Numbered from the stretch's first letter, positions 11,211 to 21,684 are shown. The stretch is DNA of 64,000 nucleotides from Methylophilus sp. (GCF_008015755.1 NZ_SSGF01000002.1:60204-124203), one strand, 5' to 3'. Notes: a model not told the origin generated them from the sequence alone. Translations and numbers: made by a program.

Positions 11211-12668
11211 TTATTCCGTACCCGATGCGGTGTTATCGGGCGTTGTGTTGTCATTCGATTGGCTGTGCGCGTTTTCCAAACGTTCCTGAATAGAGGCTTC
11301 GCGGTGTGCCACTTTGGCTTTTTTATTTTGCTGCAACGAAGCCACCCCCCACTCCAGCAGCTCGTCTTGTACGTAGCGCTTTTTTAATTGCCATGCGATT
11401 TGCGCACGCGCCAGTTCAACCCCGAGGTAAAACGCATGCGAAGCATCATCTTGCACGTTCAGTGCAGGATAAAACTGGTAAGGGTCGGTGTCATGCTGGA
11501 TACCATCCCGATTATAGACATGCACCCCCTGCTCACTGACCATGATGCGAAAGCTAGGGTCTTTAATCTGGCTAGCCATACTCGTGATTTCTTCAGCGCT
11601 ATAGGGAAACGGCTTGCGGTCATGCAAACCCAGCAAGCCATTAGAATAGCCGCGCGGCAAACGTTTATCCTGGCGTGCGCGATACATAATCCGGCGCGCG
11701 ACATCTGCTTCAGCCACGGCTTCACTCGCATGCGGACTGACCGAGGTGGCCAGCACTGCATTAATATTCAACTCACTGATCATGCCAAACAACATGGCAT
11801 TCACGCCCGTCGTATCTGCATCGGTCAGCTCGGTGAGGTTACCTACCCCCATCATGATGGCAATCTCAGGATACTTTTTACGTAACTTGTGATAGCGCAC
11901 AATCGATTCCGTCAAACCGAAATGAATAGGATCGAGAATCGGGTCAGCGATAAAGCGTCTGCCTCGTTGCAAACAATGCTCAATCGCTCGCTGCAAGCTG
12001 GCAAAACTGCCCGGTTTTGCAGGAATTAAAATAGGCGTAGATGCCACTTCATCAGCGATCCACAGACTGTTTTCGTGCAGACTGAGCAGGTAATCAGCGC
12101 CTGCTTTGCCCGCAGCAAGCAAGTCTTCATCACGCATGGAATCAACGCTGACCTGGAAGCCTTCTGCTTTGAGCGCGCGCACCGTGTCTGTCATGTGCGC
12201 AAAGGCTTTCCCTGGTAGGCACCCCAGGTCAATCACATCGGCACCCTGCTGCCGAAAATGGCTAGCCTTGGCTACAATTTGTGTGATCGTAAGATCAGGT
12301 GCATCGACAATTTCAGCAAAAATAGTGACGCTATGCTGCGTCAGGTCAGGCGCTTTACCTTGCTGGCCAAAATATTGCGGCAAATCTTTCAAGTCCTTTG
12401 GCCCCCGTTCTACTGGCACGCCCCACTGCGCCTCAAGCGGCGCCAGATCGCCCTGACATAAGCCGGGCAAAATGACCTTATCGATATTCTCAACCTTTGT
12501 CAGGCGCCGCGCAATTAAAGGCGGCGTCATTAAGGCGGCCACGGAGACGCCAATTTGCTTGACTTCATATTCAAAAGGAGACTGTTTACTGTCAGCCTGA
12601 ATCGACTGCAATATTTGGTGCAGACTGTGTTCTGCCAGTTTTCCGGTGAGGAACAGCAGCCGTGTCAT
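11211..12668 (-). CDS. Dihydropteroate-synthase-related H4MPT biosynthesis protein (Orf20)
   Basis: LFLTGKLA N-terminus, GADVIDLGC, DPILDPIHFG, MGVGNLTELTDAD, HAFYLGVELARA. Confidence 0.87.
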   Translation of the reverse strand: MTRLLFLTGKLAEHSLHQILQSIQADSKQSPFEYEVKQIGVSVAALMTPPLIARRLTKVENIDKVILPGLCQGDLAPLEAQWGVPVERGPKDLKDLPQYFGQQGKAPDLTQHSVTIFAEIVDAPDLTITQIVAKASHFRQQGADVIDLGCLPGKAFAHMTDTVRALKAEGFQVSVDSMRDEDLLAAGKAGADYLLSLHENSLWIADEVASTPILIPAKPGSFASLQRAIEHCLQRGRRFIADPILDPIHFGLTESIVRYHKLRKKYPEIAIMMGVGNLTELTDADTTGVNAMLFGMISELNINAVLATSVSPHASEAVAEADVARRIMYRARQDKRLPRGYSNGLLGLHDRKPFPYSAEEITSMASQIKDPSFRIMVSEQGVHVYNRDGIQHDTDPYQFYPALNVQDDASHAFYLGVELARAQIAWQLKKRYVQDELLEWGVASLQQNKKAKVAHREASIQERLENAHSQSNDNTTPDNTASGTE

Positions 12669-12672
12669 GGGT

Positions 12673-13260
12673 TTACTCTGTGAGTGTGTCTAGCACCTGT
12701 ACGCCATCGTGCAAATGCAGATCATGGCATGCCGCAAGCCGCTGCATGATGACATGTTGCAAGGCAGCCATGTCTTCGACCACCGTGGTGTCAGCAAAAT
12801 GCTTTAATTTAGCCACATTCTCAAGGTCAATCTGGCGCGGAAACACTTTCACCATATGATCACGTGGCGCCTCAGACTCAAGCTCTGGCGCCGTATCGCA
12901 GGCGAATAAAATACTGTGCACGCGCGTTTTACCCGCTTGCGCAAACAAATTGGTTACCAGGCTGTCAGAAAAGCCATAAGCCATTTTGGCAATGGTATTG
13001 GAGGTCGCAGGCGAAATCACCAGGGTGTGATACACGCCCTCATAAAAACGTTCGACCGGCACACTGCTGGCGGTTTTATCCTGATAGACCTTATGGCCGG
13101 TGGCTTCCAGCGAGGATTGAAACCCATATTGCTGGATGATTTCAGCCGCCGCGCGGCTCAAATAGATATCCACGTCCTGCAAGGTTTGCAGAATCGCCAA
13201 TGATTCACGCAAATAGTGGCCAGAACCAGTAATTGCCCAGGCCAGTCGTTGTGCACTCAT
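12673..13260 (-). CDS. Archaeal-type flavoprotein (Afp/DmrB-like dihydromethanopterin reductase)
   Basis: AWAITGSGH, SPATSNTIAKMAYGFSDSLVTNLFAQAGK; adjacent to orf20. Confidence 0.85.
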   Translation of the reverse strand: MSAQRLAWAITGSGHYLRESLAILQTLQDVDIYLSRAAAEIIQQYGFQSSLEATGHKVYQDKTASSVPVERFYEGVYHTLVISPATSNTIAKMAYGFSDSLVTNLFAQAGKTRVHSILFACDTAPELESEAPRDHMVKVFPRQIDLENVAKLKHFADTTVVEDMAALQHVIMQRLAACHDLHLHDGVQVLDTLTE

Positions 13261-13278
13261 GTCAAACTACTCTTGTGA

Positions 13279-14619
13279 TTAAGCAAAAGGATGTTGCAGC
13301 ACAATGGTTTCATCACGCTCCGGGCCGGTAGACACAATCGCAATCGGAACACCGCAGACAGCTTCCAGGCGCTTCAGGTAATGCTGCGCATTTTTAGGTA
13401 ACGCATCCCAGGTTTTGACACCAAACGTCGTTTCTGTCCAACCAGGCACAGTTTCGTAGATAGGCTCACAACGCGCCACATCATCCGCACCCACTGGCAG
13501 CATGTCCACAATCTTACCATCCAGTTTGTACCCGGTACATATATCCAGCGACTCAATGCCGTCCAGCACATCCAGCTTGGTAATGCACAAACCGGTTAAG
13601 CCATTGATACGGGCTGAGCGGCGTAATGCAGCGGCATCAAACCAGCCGCAACGACGCTTGCGACGTGTCACGGTACCGATTTCCTGGCCTTTAGTAGACA
13701 TCTGATACCCAGGCGCGCCTTCAGTATCGATATCCAGCTCACTTGGGAACGGGCCGCCACCAACACGTGTGGTGTAGGCCTTGGTGATACCTAATACGTA
13801 ATGCAGCATATTGGCGCCAACACCCGTACCAGCAGAAGCCTGGCCAGCAATACAGTTGCTGGAGGTCACGTAAGGATAAGTACCGTGATCGACATCCAGC
13901 AAGGTGCCCTGCGCGCCTTCAAACAACAGGTGTTCGCCACGCGCATTGGCTTCATACAACGCGGCTGAAATATCCGCCACCATCGGCTTCAACGCCACAG
14001 CATGCTGCATGCTGGCGTCATATTGCTGCTGGAAGTCCACTGCCGCTGCGCCCAGGTAGTTAGTCAGCACAAAGTTATGATAATCCATGACTTCGCGCAG
14101 TTTTTCAGCAAAGCGCTCTGGGTGGAACAAGTCATACACACGCAAAGCACGTCTAGCTACTTTGTCTTCATAGGCCGGGCCAATGCCTTTACCGGTAGTG
14201 CCGATTTTTTTCTCGGCGCTACGCTTGGCTTCACGTGCCAAGTCTACCGCCACGTGATGGGACAGGATCAATGGACAGCCAGGGCTGACTTTGAGGCGGT
14301 TTTTAACATCGAGGCCGCCTTGCTCCAGCGTAGAAATCTCATGCAGTAAATGCGTGGTATCGAGCACGACGCCGTTACCGATATAGCAATTGACACCATC
14401 ACGCACAATGCCAGAGGGCACCAGGTTGAGCTTATACACTTTTTGTGCCGCGCCCTGACCAACGACCAAGGTATGCCCCGCGTTATGGCCGCCCTGAAAG
14501 CGCACTACGCCCTGAGCGTGATCTGTCAGCCAGTCTACGATTTTACCTTTACCTTCGTCGCCCCATTGGGTGCCTATCACAACGACGTTTTTTGCTTGCT
14601 TGGATTGTGTCATGTTCAA
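13279..14619 (-). CDS. purA: Adenylosuccinate synthetase
   Basis: [41 protein letters not shown]. Confidence 0.98.
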   Translation of the reverse strand: MNMTQSKQAKNVVVIGTQWGDEGKGKIVDWLTDHAQGVVRFQGGHNAGHTLVVGQGAAQKVYKLNLVPSGIVRDGVNCYIGNGVVLDTTHLLHEISTLEQGGLDVKNRLKVSPGCPLILSHHVAVDLAREAKRSAEKKIGTTGKGIGPAYEDKVARRALRVYDLFHPERFAEKLREVMDYHNFVLTNYLGAAAVDFQQQYDASMQHAVALKPMVADISAALYEANARGEHLLFEGAQGTLLDVDHGTYPYVTSSNCIAGQASAGTGVGANMLHYVLGITKAYTTRVGGGPFPSELDIDTEGAPGYQMSTKGQEIGTVTRRKRRCGWFDAAALRRSARINGLTGLCITKLDVLDGIESLDICTGYKLDGKIVDMLPVGADDVARCEPIYETVPGWTETTFGVKTWDALPKNAQHYLKRLEAVCGVPIAIVSTGPERDETIVLQHPFA

Positions 14620-14654
14620 TTAATATCTTGTAAAAACAAAAAAGGTGCGCTGTG

Positions 14655-15809
14655 TTACACAGCCACCACTTGCCAGCGACCATCGACCTTTTGCAAGGTG
14701 CGGTCACAAGCCAATTCAGAATAGTTCACAGGCGTATCTGGCAATCCTTCCACCACAATCTGGCCCTGAGAACGTAGGGTATTTATCAGCGATAACAGCT
14801 CGGCATCTGCAGCCACGGGCGCCAGAATGCCTTTATTCAGTGTTGCCGGGCCCAAAGCTTGTAATGCGCCGCGTAAGTCGAGGCTAAAGCCGGTTGCCGG
14901 ACGCGCACGACCAAACGCCGCACCAACTTCGTCATAACGCCCACCCAGTGCAATCGGACCTGCATAGCCTTTGGCATAAGCCGCAAACACCATGCCGCTA
15001 TGATAGTGATAGCCGCGCAACTCGCTCAAATCAATGGTCACAGTCACATCATCTGTGGTAAGCGTCTGGGCTACAGTCTCTAGCTCACGCAATGCCTGCG
15101 TAATGTCTTCTGACTCCGGCAAAATATCGCGTGCCTGATCTAACACCTCGATACCGCCATTGAGCTGTGTGAGTGAGGCAAAAGCCAATCGGGATTTTTC
15201 AGGCAGATTAGCCACCAACTGCTCTACCAGCGTAATGTCTTTGGCCTGCAAAGCCGCTTGCAACGCTTGCTCTTGCTGCACGCCGAGTTGTGCCATATGT
15301 GACAAACTGGCAAAAATGGTCGCATGGCTAAGGTCAACAAACAAAGTAGGCATGCCTAACAATTGCAAAGCCTTCACCATCAGGCGTTGCACTTCAATAT
15401 CGCTCTCTATGCCAGCATGGCCATACAACTCGGCGCCCAATTGCAAGGGCTCACGTGTACGTGCCAATCCATCAGGCTTGGTGCGCAATACGGTACCGGC
15501 GTAACACAGACGCGAGACGCCCTGATGGTTAAGCATATGTGCATCAATGCGTGCGGCTTGCGGTGTAGTATCAGCACGCAGCCCCATCAGGCGGCCCGTT
15601 AACTGGTCCACCACTTTAAACGTTGCGATGTCCAGATCATGCCCAGTGCCTGTCAGCAAGGACTCGACATATTCCATCATGGGTGGCATGACATATTGAT
15701 AACCATGGACGCGAAACAGGTCCAGCAATTGTCGGCGATAAGACTCAAGACGCGCCGCTTCCGCAGGCAAGACGTCTTCAATATATTCAGGAAGTAACCA
15801 AGTATGCAT
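14655..15809 (-). CDS. hisZ: ATP phosphoribosyltransferase regulatory subunit
   Basis: WLLPEYIEDVLP, LRADTTPQAAR, GGRYD..FGRARPATGFS; upstream of purA. Confidence 0.95.
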   Translation of the reverse strand: MHTWLLPEYIEDVLPAEAARLESYRRQLLDLFRVHGYQYVMPPMMEYVESLLTGTGHDLDIATFKVVDQLTGRLMGLRADTTPQAARIDAHMLNHQGVSRLCYAGTVLRTKPDGLARTREPLQLGAELYGHAGIESDIEVQRLMVKALQLLGMPTLFVDLSHATIFASLSHMAQLGVQQEQALQAALQAKDITLVEQLVANLPEKSRLAFASLTQLNGGIEVLDQARDILPESEDITQALRELETVAQTLTTDDVTVTIDLSELRGYHYHSGMVFAAYAKGYAGPIALGGRYDEVGAAFGRARPATGFSLDLRGALQALGPATLNKGILAPVAADAELLSLINTLRSQGQIVVEGLPDTPVNYSELACDRTLQKVDGRWQVVAV

Positions 15810-15815
15810 CCCGCT

Positions 15816-15821
15816 ATTATA
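15816..15821 (-). promoter_or_regulatory. sigma70 -10 element 6 nt before the hisZ ATG (probable leaderless mRNA)
   Basis: Minus strand reads TATAAT-agcggg-ATG with no SD motif. Confidence 0.6.
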
Positions 15822-15900
15822 CCCGCAAACCCCTGTCTAAAGCACGGCTTTAGCAATCGCGATCTCAAGGCCTCAGCAAGGTCTTAGCTAAAAAAGCAAT

Positions 15901-15932
15901 AAAAAAAGGCACGCCATCATGCGTGCCTTTTT
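15901..15932. terminator. Intrinsic terminator between yjeT-like gene and hisZ
   Basis: A7-ggcacgc-catcat-gcgtgcc-T5. Confidence 0.8.
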
Positions 15933-15947
15933 ACTTCAACCAGACAA

Positions 15948-16133
15948 TCAGCGGTTCAGCCACAACATAAGCAGACCAATCACCGCCGAGGCAAAGCCAA
16001 TAAAACGAATCTGGCCATCTTGCAACTGTAGCAGCTTTTCAAAGGTTTGGCGCCATGCGCGGGTAAATAGCAATGGCATCAAGCCTTCAATCAGCAACAC
16101 GCCACCTATCAGCCACCACACGTTCATGATCAA
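15948..16133 (-). CDS. DUF2065 / YjeT-family small membrane protein
   Basis: LLIEGLMPLLF..W..F..L..GQIRFIG; follows hflC. Confidence 0.88.
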   Translation of the reverse strand: MIMNVWWLIGGVLLIEGLMPLLFTRAWRQTFEKLLQLQDGQIRFIGFASAVIGLLMLWLNR

Positions 16134-16154
16134 GCCAAGTTAATACTCAAGGTA

Positions 16155-17024
16155 TTATTTCTTGCCGCTGCTACGCATATATTTAAAGAAGTCTGAGCTT
16201 TGATCAATCACCATCACGTCAGACTTGCTTTTAAAGCTGTTTTTGTAGGCTTCTTGGCTGCGATAAAAAGCATAGAATTCAGGATTTTTGCCAAACGCCT
16301 GGGCGTAAACCTCAGAGGCTTTGGCATCGCCCTCACCCTTCACTTTTTGCGCATCACGGTAAGCTTCGGCAATAATCACCTCACGCTGCCTGTCGGCGTC
16401 GGCACGGATTTTTTCAGCTGCTGCCGCCCCTTGTGAACGTAGTTCATTTGCCACGGATTTACGCTCGGCTTCCATACGTTGATAAACAGACTCACTCACC
16501 TCTTTTGGCAAATCCACGCGACGCAAACGCACATCCAGGATTTGGATACCCATCTGACGGCTCTCTTTGTCAGCACGCTGACGCAGAATCTCCATGATTT
16601 CAGAGCGCTCACCTGACACCACATCATGAATGGTGCGTTTACCAAACTCGGCGCGCAACCCATCATTGACCATTTGCGACAAACGACGCTCGGCCTGCAC
16701 TTCGTCACCACGCACGGACACGTAGTATTTTGAAGGATCAACGATGCGCCATTTCACAAACGAATCCACCAATACGTTTTTCTTCTCGCTGGTGATAAAA
16801 CGGTCTGGCTCTTCCCAGTTGAGGGTCAGGATACGTTTGTCGTAATAGCGGATATTCTCCACCATCGGCATCTTAAAGTAGAGGCCAGGCTCACTTTTGA
16901 CTGACACAATCTCACCCAGACGGAACACCAGCGCGTATTCGCGCTGATCAACGGTATAGGCCGAAGAGGTAATGATCACCAGTAGAACAAACACCCCGAT
17001 TAACAAACTTCCAATATTTCTCAT
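16155..17024 (-). CDS. hflC: FtsH modulator HflC
   Basis: SPFH domain, MEAERKSVANELRSQG, FYAFYRS. Confidence 0.96.
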   Translation of the reverse strand: MRNIGSLLIGVFVLLVIITSSAYTVDQREYALVFRLGEIVSVKSEPGLYFKMPMVENIRYYDKRILTLNWEEPDRFITSEKKNVLVDSFVKWRIVDPSKYYVSVRGDEVQAERRLSQMVNDGLRAEFGKRTIHDVVSGERSEIMEILRQRADKESRQMGIQILDVRLRRVDLPKEVSESVYQRMEAERKSVANELRSQGAAAAEKIRADADRQREVIIAEAYRDAQKVKGEGDAKASEVYAQAFGKNPEFYAFYRSQEAYKNSFKSKSDVMVIDQSSDFFKYMRSSGKK

Positions 17025-17044
17025 CTTTATTCCTTCAGGGCAAT

Positions 17045-18238
17045 CTAGCGATATTCGCGATCACGGCTGCGCATCGCATCACGCGAACGATCCGAGGTAC
17101 TTGCATCTACTTGCGGCTCTTGTGCAGGCTTGTCGGCGGCTGCCGCAGGGGCAGAAGCAGCATTACCAGTTGCACCACTCATGGTCATCAGCTTATCCAG
17201 CGGTAAATACAGCAGACTGTTGCCACCCTTCTGGTCAACTAGCACTTTGCTGGTGTTGGCCAACACGTGCTCTTGTGCATCCAGATACAAACGCTGGCGT
17301 GTCACCTCAGGCGCTTTATTGTATTGCGTTAACACCTGCTCAAAACGGTCCGCATTACCCTTGGCTTCGTTTTCCACGCGCAATTTGTAACCTGCGGCCT
17401 CTTCGGTCAAGCGTGAAGCGGTACCGCGTGCTTTAGGAATCACATCGTTCGCATAGGCTTGGCCTTCGTTTTTCTGTCGCTCCAGGTCCTGCTTGGCTTT
17501 GACCGCATCATCAAATGCCGCTTGCACCTGCTCGGGTGGTTGCGCATTTTGCATGGTGACATTCACCACATTGATGCCAGATTTGTATCTGTCCAGCATA
17601 TCCTGCATCAGTTTTTTGGCTTTGGCAGCCACATCATCGCGGCCTTCATACAGCACAAAGTCCATTTTACTTTTGCCGACGATTTCACGAATCGCGGTTT
17701 CTGCCACGCCACGCACACTTTCTTCAGTGGAGCGATTGCTAAATTGATAATCCTCAACCGATTTCAGGTTGTATTGCACCGCTACCTGCAAATCGATGAT
17801 ATTTTCATCATCGGTGAGCATGAGAGACTCACGCAGCTCCTTGCTGCGGCCAGACTCGCCCTCAAACGAGCGATAGCCCATTTCTATGGTGCGCACCTGC
17901 TCCAAGTTAACATTCTCAATGGTTTCAATTGGAAACGGCAAATGCCAGCGTGGGCCAGGCATAGTCGTTTCGACATGCTGCCCAAAACGCAACACCACAC
18001 CGCGTGAGCCCTGATCAACAATATAAAAACCAGAGCCCAGCCAGATCAATGCGACTAAGCCCACAATCGGCGCCACTGGCAAGGGTTGTGGAGCTGGCGA
18101 TGTGCCTCTAGGACCGCCGCCTTGGCCGCCTTTGTTGCCAAACAGACGATTAAGCTTTTGATTCAAATCCCTGAATACCTCATCCAGGTCAGGTGGGCCT
18201 TCGTTATTCTTATTCCAAAAGCCGGGGAATTTTCTCAT
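17045..18238 (-). CDS. hflK: FtsH modulator HflK
   Basis: NEGPPDLDE, QPPEQVQAAFDDAVKA, APEVTRQRLYL. Confidence 0.96.
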   Translation of the reverse strand: MRKFPGFWNKNNEGPPDLDEVFRDLNQKLNRLFGNKGGQGGGPRGTSPAPQPLPVAPIVGLVALIWLGSGFYIVDQGSRGVVLRFGQHVETTMPGPRWHLPFPIETIENVNLEQVRTIEMGYRSFEGESGRSKELRESLMLTDDENIIDLQVAVQYNLKSVEDYQFSNRSTEESVRGVAETAIREIVGKSKMDFVLYEGRDDVAAKAKKLMQDMLDRYKSGINVVNVTMQNAQPPEQVQAAFDDAVKAKQDLERQKNEGQAYANDVIPKARGTASRLTEEAAGYKLRVENEAKGNADRFEQVLTQYNKAPEVTRQRLYLDAQEHVLANTSKVLVDQKGGNSLLYLPLDKLMTMSGATGNAASAPAAAADKPAQEPQVDASTSDRSRDAMRSRDREYR

Positions 18239-18265
18239 GCTAGTACTCCGTGTTTTTTGATTTTT

Positions 18266-19393
18266 TTAAACATAAGCACGCTCTTCGGTGCTCAGTTTTT
18301 TCAAATATTGTTGATGCTCTAACAGCGCCTGGCGCAAGTCTTCCATGCCAACACCGTCCTTGGCAGAAACGCGAACAGTACGGATGTTACCATACTCATC
18401 CCTGTCGATTCCCGGCGCCATGCCCATGCGGTCAATCTGATTCAACACCAGAATCTGTGGGACATTGGCGGCACCAATCTCGTTCAACACAATATTGACT
18501 TGTTCAATTTGATTATCACGATTGGGGCTGGCGACATCGACAATATGCAGTAACAAGTCTGCCTGGGCCGCTTCTTCTAGCGTCGCACCAAAGGCTTCAA
18601 TCAGGGTGGTGGGCAAATGCTTGATAAAGCCAACCGTATCGGACAAGACCACCGGATAGCCCTCAGGCAGATGCATTTTGCGCGAGGTGGTGTCTAGCGT
18701 GGCGAACAACTGATCTGCCGCATACACGCCAGAATGCGTGAGGCGGTTAAACAAGGTCGACTTACCAGCGTTGGTATAGCCGACCAGCGACACTGTCATC
18801 AGATTGGAGCGTTTGCGTGCACGCCGCTGCATGCCACGCTGCTGTTTAAGCTTATCCAGTTTTTCACGCAATTGCTTGACGCGTACGCGCAGCATGCGTC
18901 TGTCCAGCTCCAATTGCGTTTCACCCGGGCCGCCGCGTACGCCAATCCCGCCCTTTTGTCGCTCAAGGTGGGTCCAGCCGCGCACCAGCCGGGTAGACAA
19001 GTGTTCTAACTGCGCCAGCTCAACCTGCAACTTACCCTCGTGTGACTGCGCACGCTGGGCAAAAATATCCAGAATGAGGCCGGTGCGGTCGACCACACGC
19101 GCTTCGAGCAGCTTTTCGAGGTTGCGTTGCTGTGACGGGCTTAAGTCATGATTAAAGGCAGCCACTTTACTGTCGTGTGCGGCCATCAGCGCCTTGAGCT
19201 CATCCGCCTTACCAGAGCCGATAAAGTATTTAGAATCAGGCGCTTGACGCTTGCCTTCCAGCGTCGCAGAGATATTCAGTCCGGCAGTGCCGGCGAGGTG
19301 GCGGAGCTCTTGCAAACTTTCTTCGTAGTCAGCATCGCCAAAATTGATGCTGACCAGAACGACGGCATCTCCGCCGCTTGGTCTATCAAACAT
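18266..19393 (-). CDS. hflX: Ribosome-splitting GTPase HflX
   Basis: GPGETQLELDRR, GYTNAGKST, LFATLD, DTVGFI. Confidence 0.97.
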   Translation of the reverse strand: MFDRPSGGDAVVLVSINFGDADYEESLQELRHLAGTAGLNISATLEGKRQAPDSKYFIGSGKADELKALMAAHDSKVAAFNHDLSPSQQRNLEKLLEARVVDRTGLILDIFAQRAQSHEGKLQVELAQLEHLSTRLVRGWTHLERQKGGIGVRGGPGETQLELDRRMLRVRVKQLREKLDKLKQQRGMQRRARKRSNLMTVSLVGYTNAGKSTLFNRLTHSGVYAADQLFATLDTTSRKMHLPEGYPVVLSDTVGFIKHLPTTLIEAFGATLEEAAQADLLLHIVDVASPNRDNQIEQVNIVLNEIGAANVPQILVLNQIDRMGMAPGIDRDEYGNIRTVRVSAKDGVGMEDLRQALLEHQQYLKKLSTEERAYV

Positions 19394-19396
19394 GCA

Positions 19397-19639
19397 TTAA
19401 GATTCTTGTGCTGTGTCGTGAGGTGCCAAACTGACTGGGCGCGCTGGCACAATCGTTGAAATCGCGTGCTTGTACACCATCTGAGTCACTGTGTTTTTTA
19501 ACAAAATCACATACTGGTCAAAAGAGTCGACCTGACCTTGCAATTTAATGCCGTTAACCAGATAAATTGACACTTGTACGTGTTCTTTTCTTAAGGCGTT
19601 CAGAAAAGGGTCTTGCAGCATTTGGCCTTTATTATTCAT
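19397..19639 (-). CDS. hfq: RNA chaperone Hfq
   Basis: [34 protein letters not shown]; AGGAG RBS before ATG 19639. Confidence 0.98.
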   Translation of the reverse strand: MNNKGQMLQDPFLNALRKEHVQVSIYLVNGIKLQGQVDSFDQYVILLKNTVTQMVYKHAISTIVPARPVSLAPHDTAQES

Positions 19640-19750
19640 AGAATTGCTCCTTGTTTGTTTTAATCGTATTGGAGTTTTTATTATCTTGAACACCAATCCC
19701 TCATAGTGACTATGATTGTACTAATTTGTTCCAATTTCAATCCCCGCACC

Positions 19751-21157
19751 TTATTTTTTTGGAAATAATGCGCGAATACGCTGCAAACAAGCCTCTTTGC
19801 CCAGAATAGACATCACTTGATCGATGCTGGGCGACTGCGCAATACCGATTAAAGCCACCCGCAATGGCATCGCCAGTTTGGGGAATTTAATCTGTTGCTC
19901 AGCCACGACCTGATTTAGCGCATCGTGTAAGTTATCGGCAACCCAGGCCGAATCTTGAGTCTTTTGCAAAAAACTTTCGATATAGGCCGCAGTTTCGTCC
20001 TGAATATGCTTGGCGGCATCGGCTTCATTGATCGCAGGCACCTGGTAGAAGAACGCAATTTCTTTGGCCAGTTGGTTGAGATTATTGGTGCGCTCGCGGT
20101 ATAAATTCAACACTGCCAGTAAGTCTGGTGATTGCGTCTCGGTCACGCCCAAGGCAGCCAAGCGCGGCTTCACTTCGTCGGCAATACGCTCTAATGGCAG
20201 CGTTTTAATGTAGTGTGCATTCAGCCAGTTGAGTTTTTCAGTATTAAACTGCGCCGCAGAAGGCGTGATATGGTCGAGATCAAACCATTCACAGAACTGC
20301 GCCATGCTGAATACTTCATCATCACCATGTGACCAGCCCAAACGCGCCAGGTAATTCAGTACCGCCTCACGCAAGTAACCATCTTCGTGATATTGCATCA
20401 CGCTCACGGCACCATGGCGTTTGGAGAGTTTTTGGCCGTCATCGCCCAGAATCATGGATAAATGCGCATATTGCGGCACTTGTGCGCCCAAGGCTTGCAA
20501 CATATTGATCTGGCGCGGCGTATTATTCACATGGTCATCACCACGAATCACCTGCGTCACGCCCATCTCCCAGTCATCCACCACCACGCAGAAGTTATAG
20601 GTAGGCGTGCCATCGGCGCGCGCAATAATCAGGTCATCCAGCTCGGCATTGGCAATTTCAATACGGCCTTTGACCATATCATCCCAGGCCACCACGCCAG
20701 TGGTCGGATTTTTAAAACGTACGACGGGTGGGATATCTTTAGGTGCGTCTGGCAAGGTCTTGCCAGATTCAGGCCGCCAGCGGCCATCATAGCGCGGCTT
20801 CACGCCCTGCTGCATTTGCGTTTCACGCAAGGCATCCAGTTCTTCTTTGCTGCAATAGCAATAGTAGGCGTGACCGTCATCCAGCATTTTCTGGATGATC
20901 TTTTTGTAAGTATCCATCCGCTGCATCTGGTAAAACGGGCCTTCATCATGGTCCAGTTGCAACCAGGCCATGCCATCCAGAATCGCCTGCACCGCCTCTG
21001 GGGTTGAACGCGCGACATCGGTATCTTCAATCCGCAAGATGAACTGCCCGCCATGGCGCTTGGCATACGCCCATGAAAACAAGGCAGTGCGTGCGCCACC
21101 AATATGAAGGTATCCGGTCGGGCTAGGGGCAAAACGGGTTTTAACAGGCTGTGACAT
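19751..21157 (-). CDS. gltX: Glutamate--tRNA ligase
   Basis: RFAPSPTGYLHIGGAR (HIGH) and KLSKR (KMSKS) motifs. Confidence 0.97.
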   Translation of the reverse strand: MSQPVKTRFAPSPTGYLHIGGARTALFSWAYAKRHGGQFILRIEDTDVARSTPEAVQAILDGMAWLQLDHDEGPFYQMQRMDTYKKIIQKMLDDGHAYYCYCSKEELDALRETQMQQGVKPRYDGRWRPESGKTLPDAPKDIPPVVRFKNPTTGVVAWDDMVKGRIEIANAELDDLIIARADGTPTYNFCVVVDDWEMGVTQVIRGDDHVNNTPRQINMLQALGAQVPQYAHLSMILGDDGQKLSKRHGAVSVMQYHEDGYLREAVLNYLARLGWSHGDDEVFSMAQFCEWFDLDHITPSAAQFNTEKLNWLNAHYIKTLPLERIADEVKPRLAALGVTETQSPDLLAVLNLYRERTNNLNQLAKEIAFFYQVPAINEADAAKHIQDETAAYIESFLQKTQDSAWVADNLHDALNQVVAEQQIKFPKLAMPLRVALIGIAQSPSIDQVMSILGKEACLQRIRALFPKK

Positions 21158-21284
21158 AATGAATCTCTAAACGCTCAAGCCCTCTATTTTAACATGGTAG
21201 CCCTACTCCTGCCTGCATCCAACTTTGCAGCAAAATTGCGGCCCCCAGATTGAAGCGCGCACGCAAACGCGCTATGATGCCGCC

Positions 21285-21620
21285 ATGACGCAACTCCTCT
21301 CTCCCAGCGGCGATATTCATGTCGGCGAGCTTTACGGCAAACCTGCCGCACCTGGCCAAACCAGTGCGATTTATCACGTGGTTGCCGTGCACAAGCTAGG
21401 CATTACCTTGCAAAATATGGATAACCCGCTGAGCCAGTTTGAGACCACCGCCAGCAAATTGCTGCAATCCGGCTATGTGCGCTTAAGCCAAACCCCTTAT
21501 GTCAACCTACAACAAACAGGTAAACGCAAATCAGCACAGCAAAAACTCAAACGCTGCCCTTTTACCCTAGATGTATTTGCCGAGCGCGCCGACTGCGAGC
21601 GACCAGCAGTGACCGCCTAA
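21285..21620 (+). CDS. Hypothetical protein, about 111 aa
   Basis: Start at 21285 is preceded by TTGAAG-N17-TATGAT-N6; followed by a bidirectional terminator. Confidence 0.7.
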   Translation: MTQLLSPSGDIHVGELYGKPAAPGQTSAIYHVVAVHKLGITLQNMDNPLSQFETTASKLLQSGYVRLSQTPYVNLQQTGKRKSAQQKLKRCPFTLDVFAERADCERPAVTA

Positions 21621-21634
21621 GCAAAATGAGCAAT

Positions 21635-21662
21635 AAAAAATGCCGCGATTGCGGCATTTTTT
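21635..21662. terminator. Bidirectional intrinsic terminator
   Basis: A6-tgccgc-gatt-gcggca-T6 between convergent genes. Confidence 0.85.
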
Positions 21663-21684
21663 ACGTGTTATAAATCCAGACAGC

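Noticed and set aside
21158-21284. tRNA genes often found next to gltX
   Set aside because: No cloverleaf or GTTCGA T-loop signature present.
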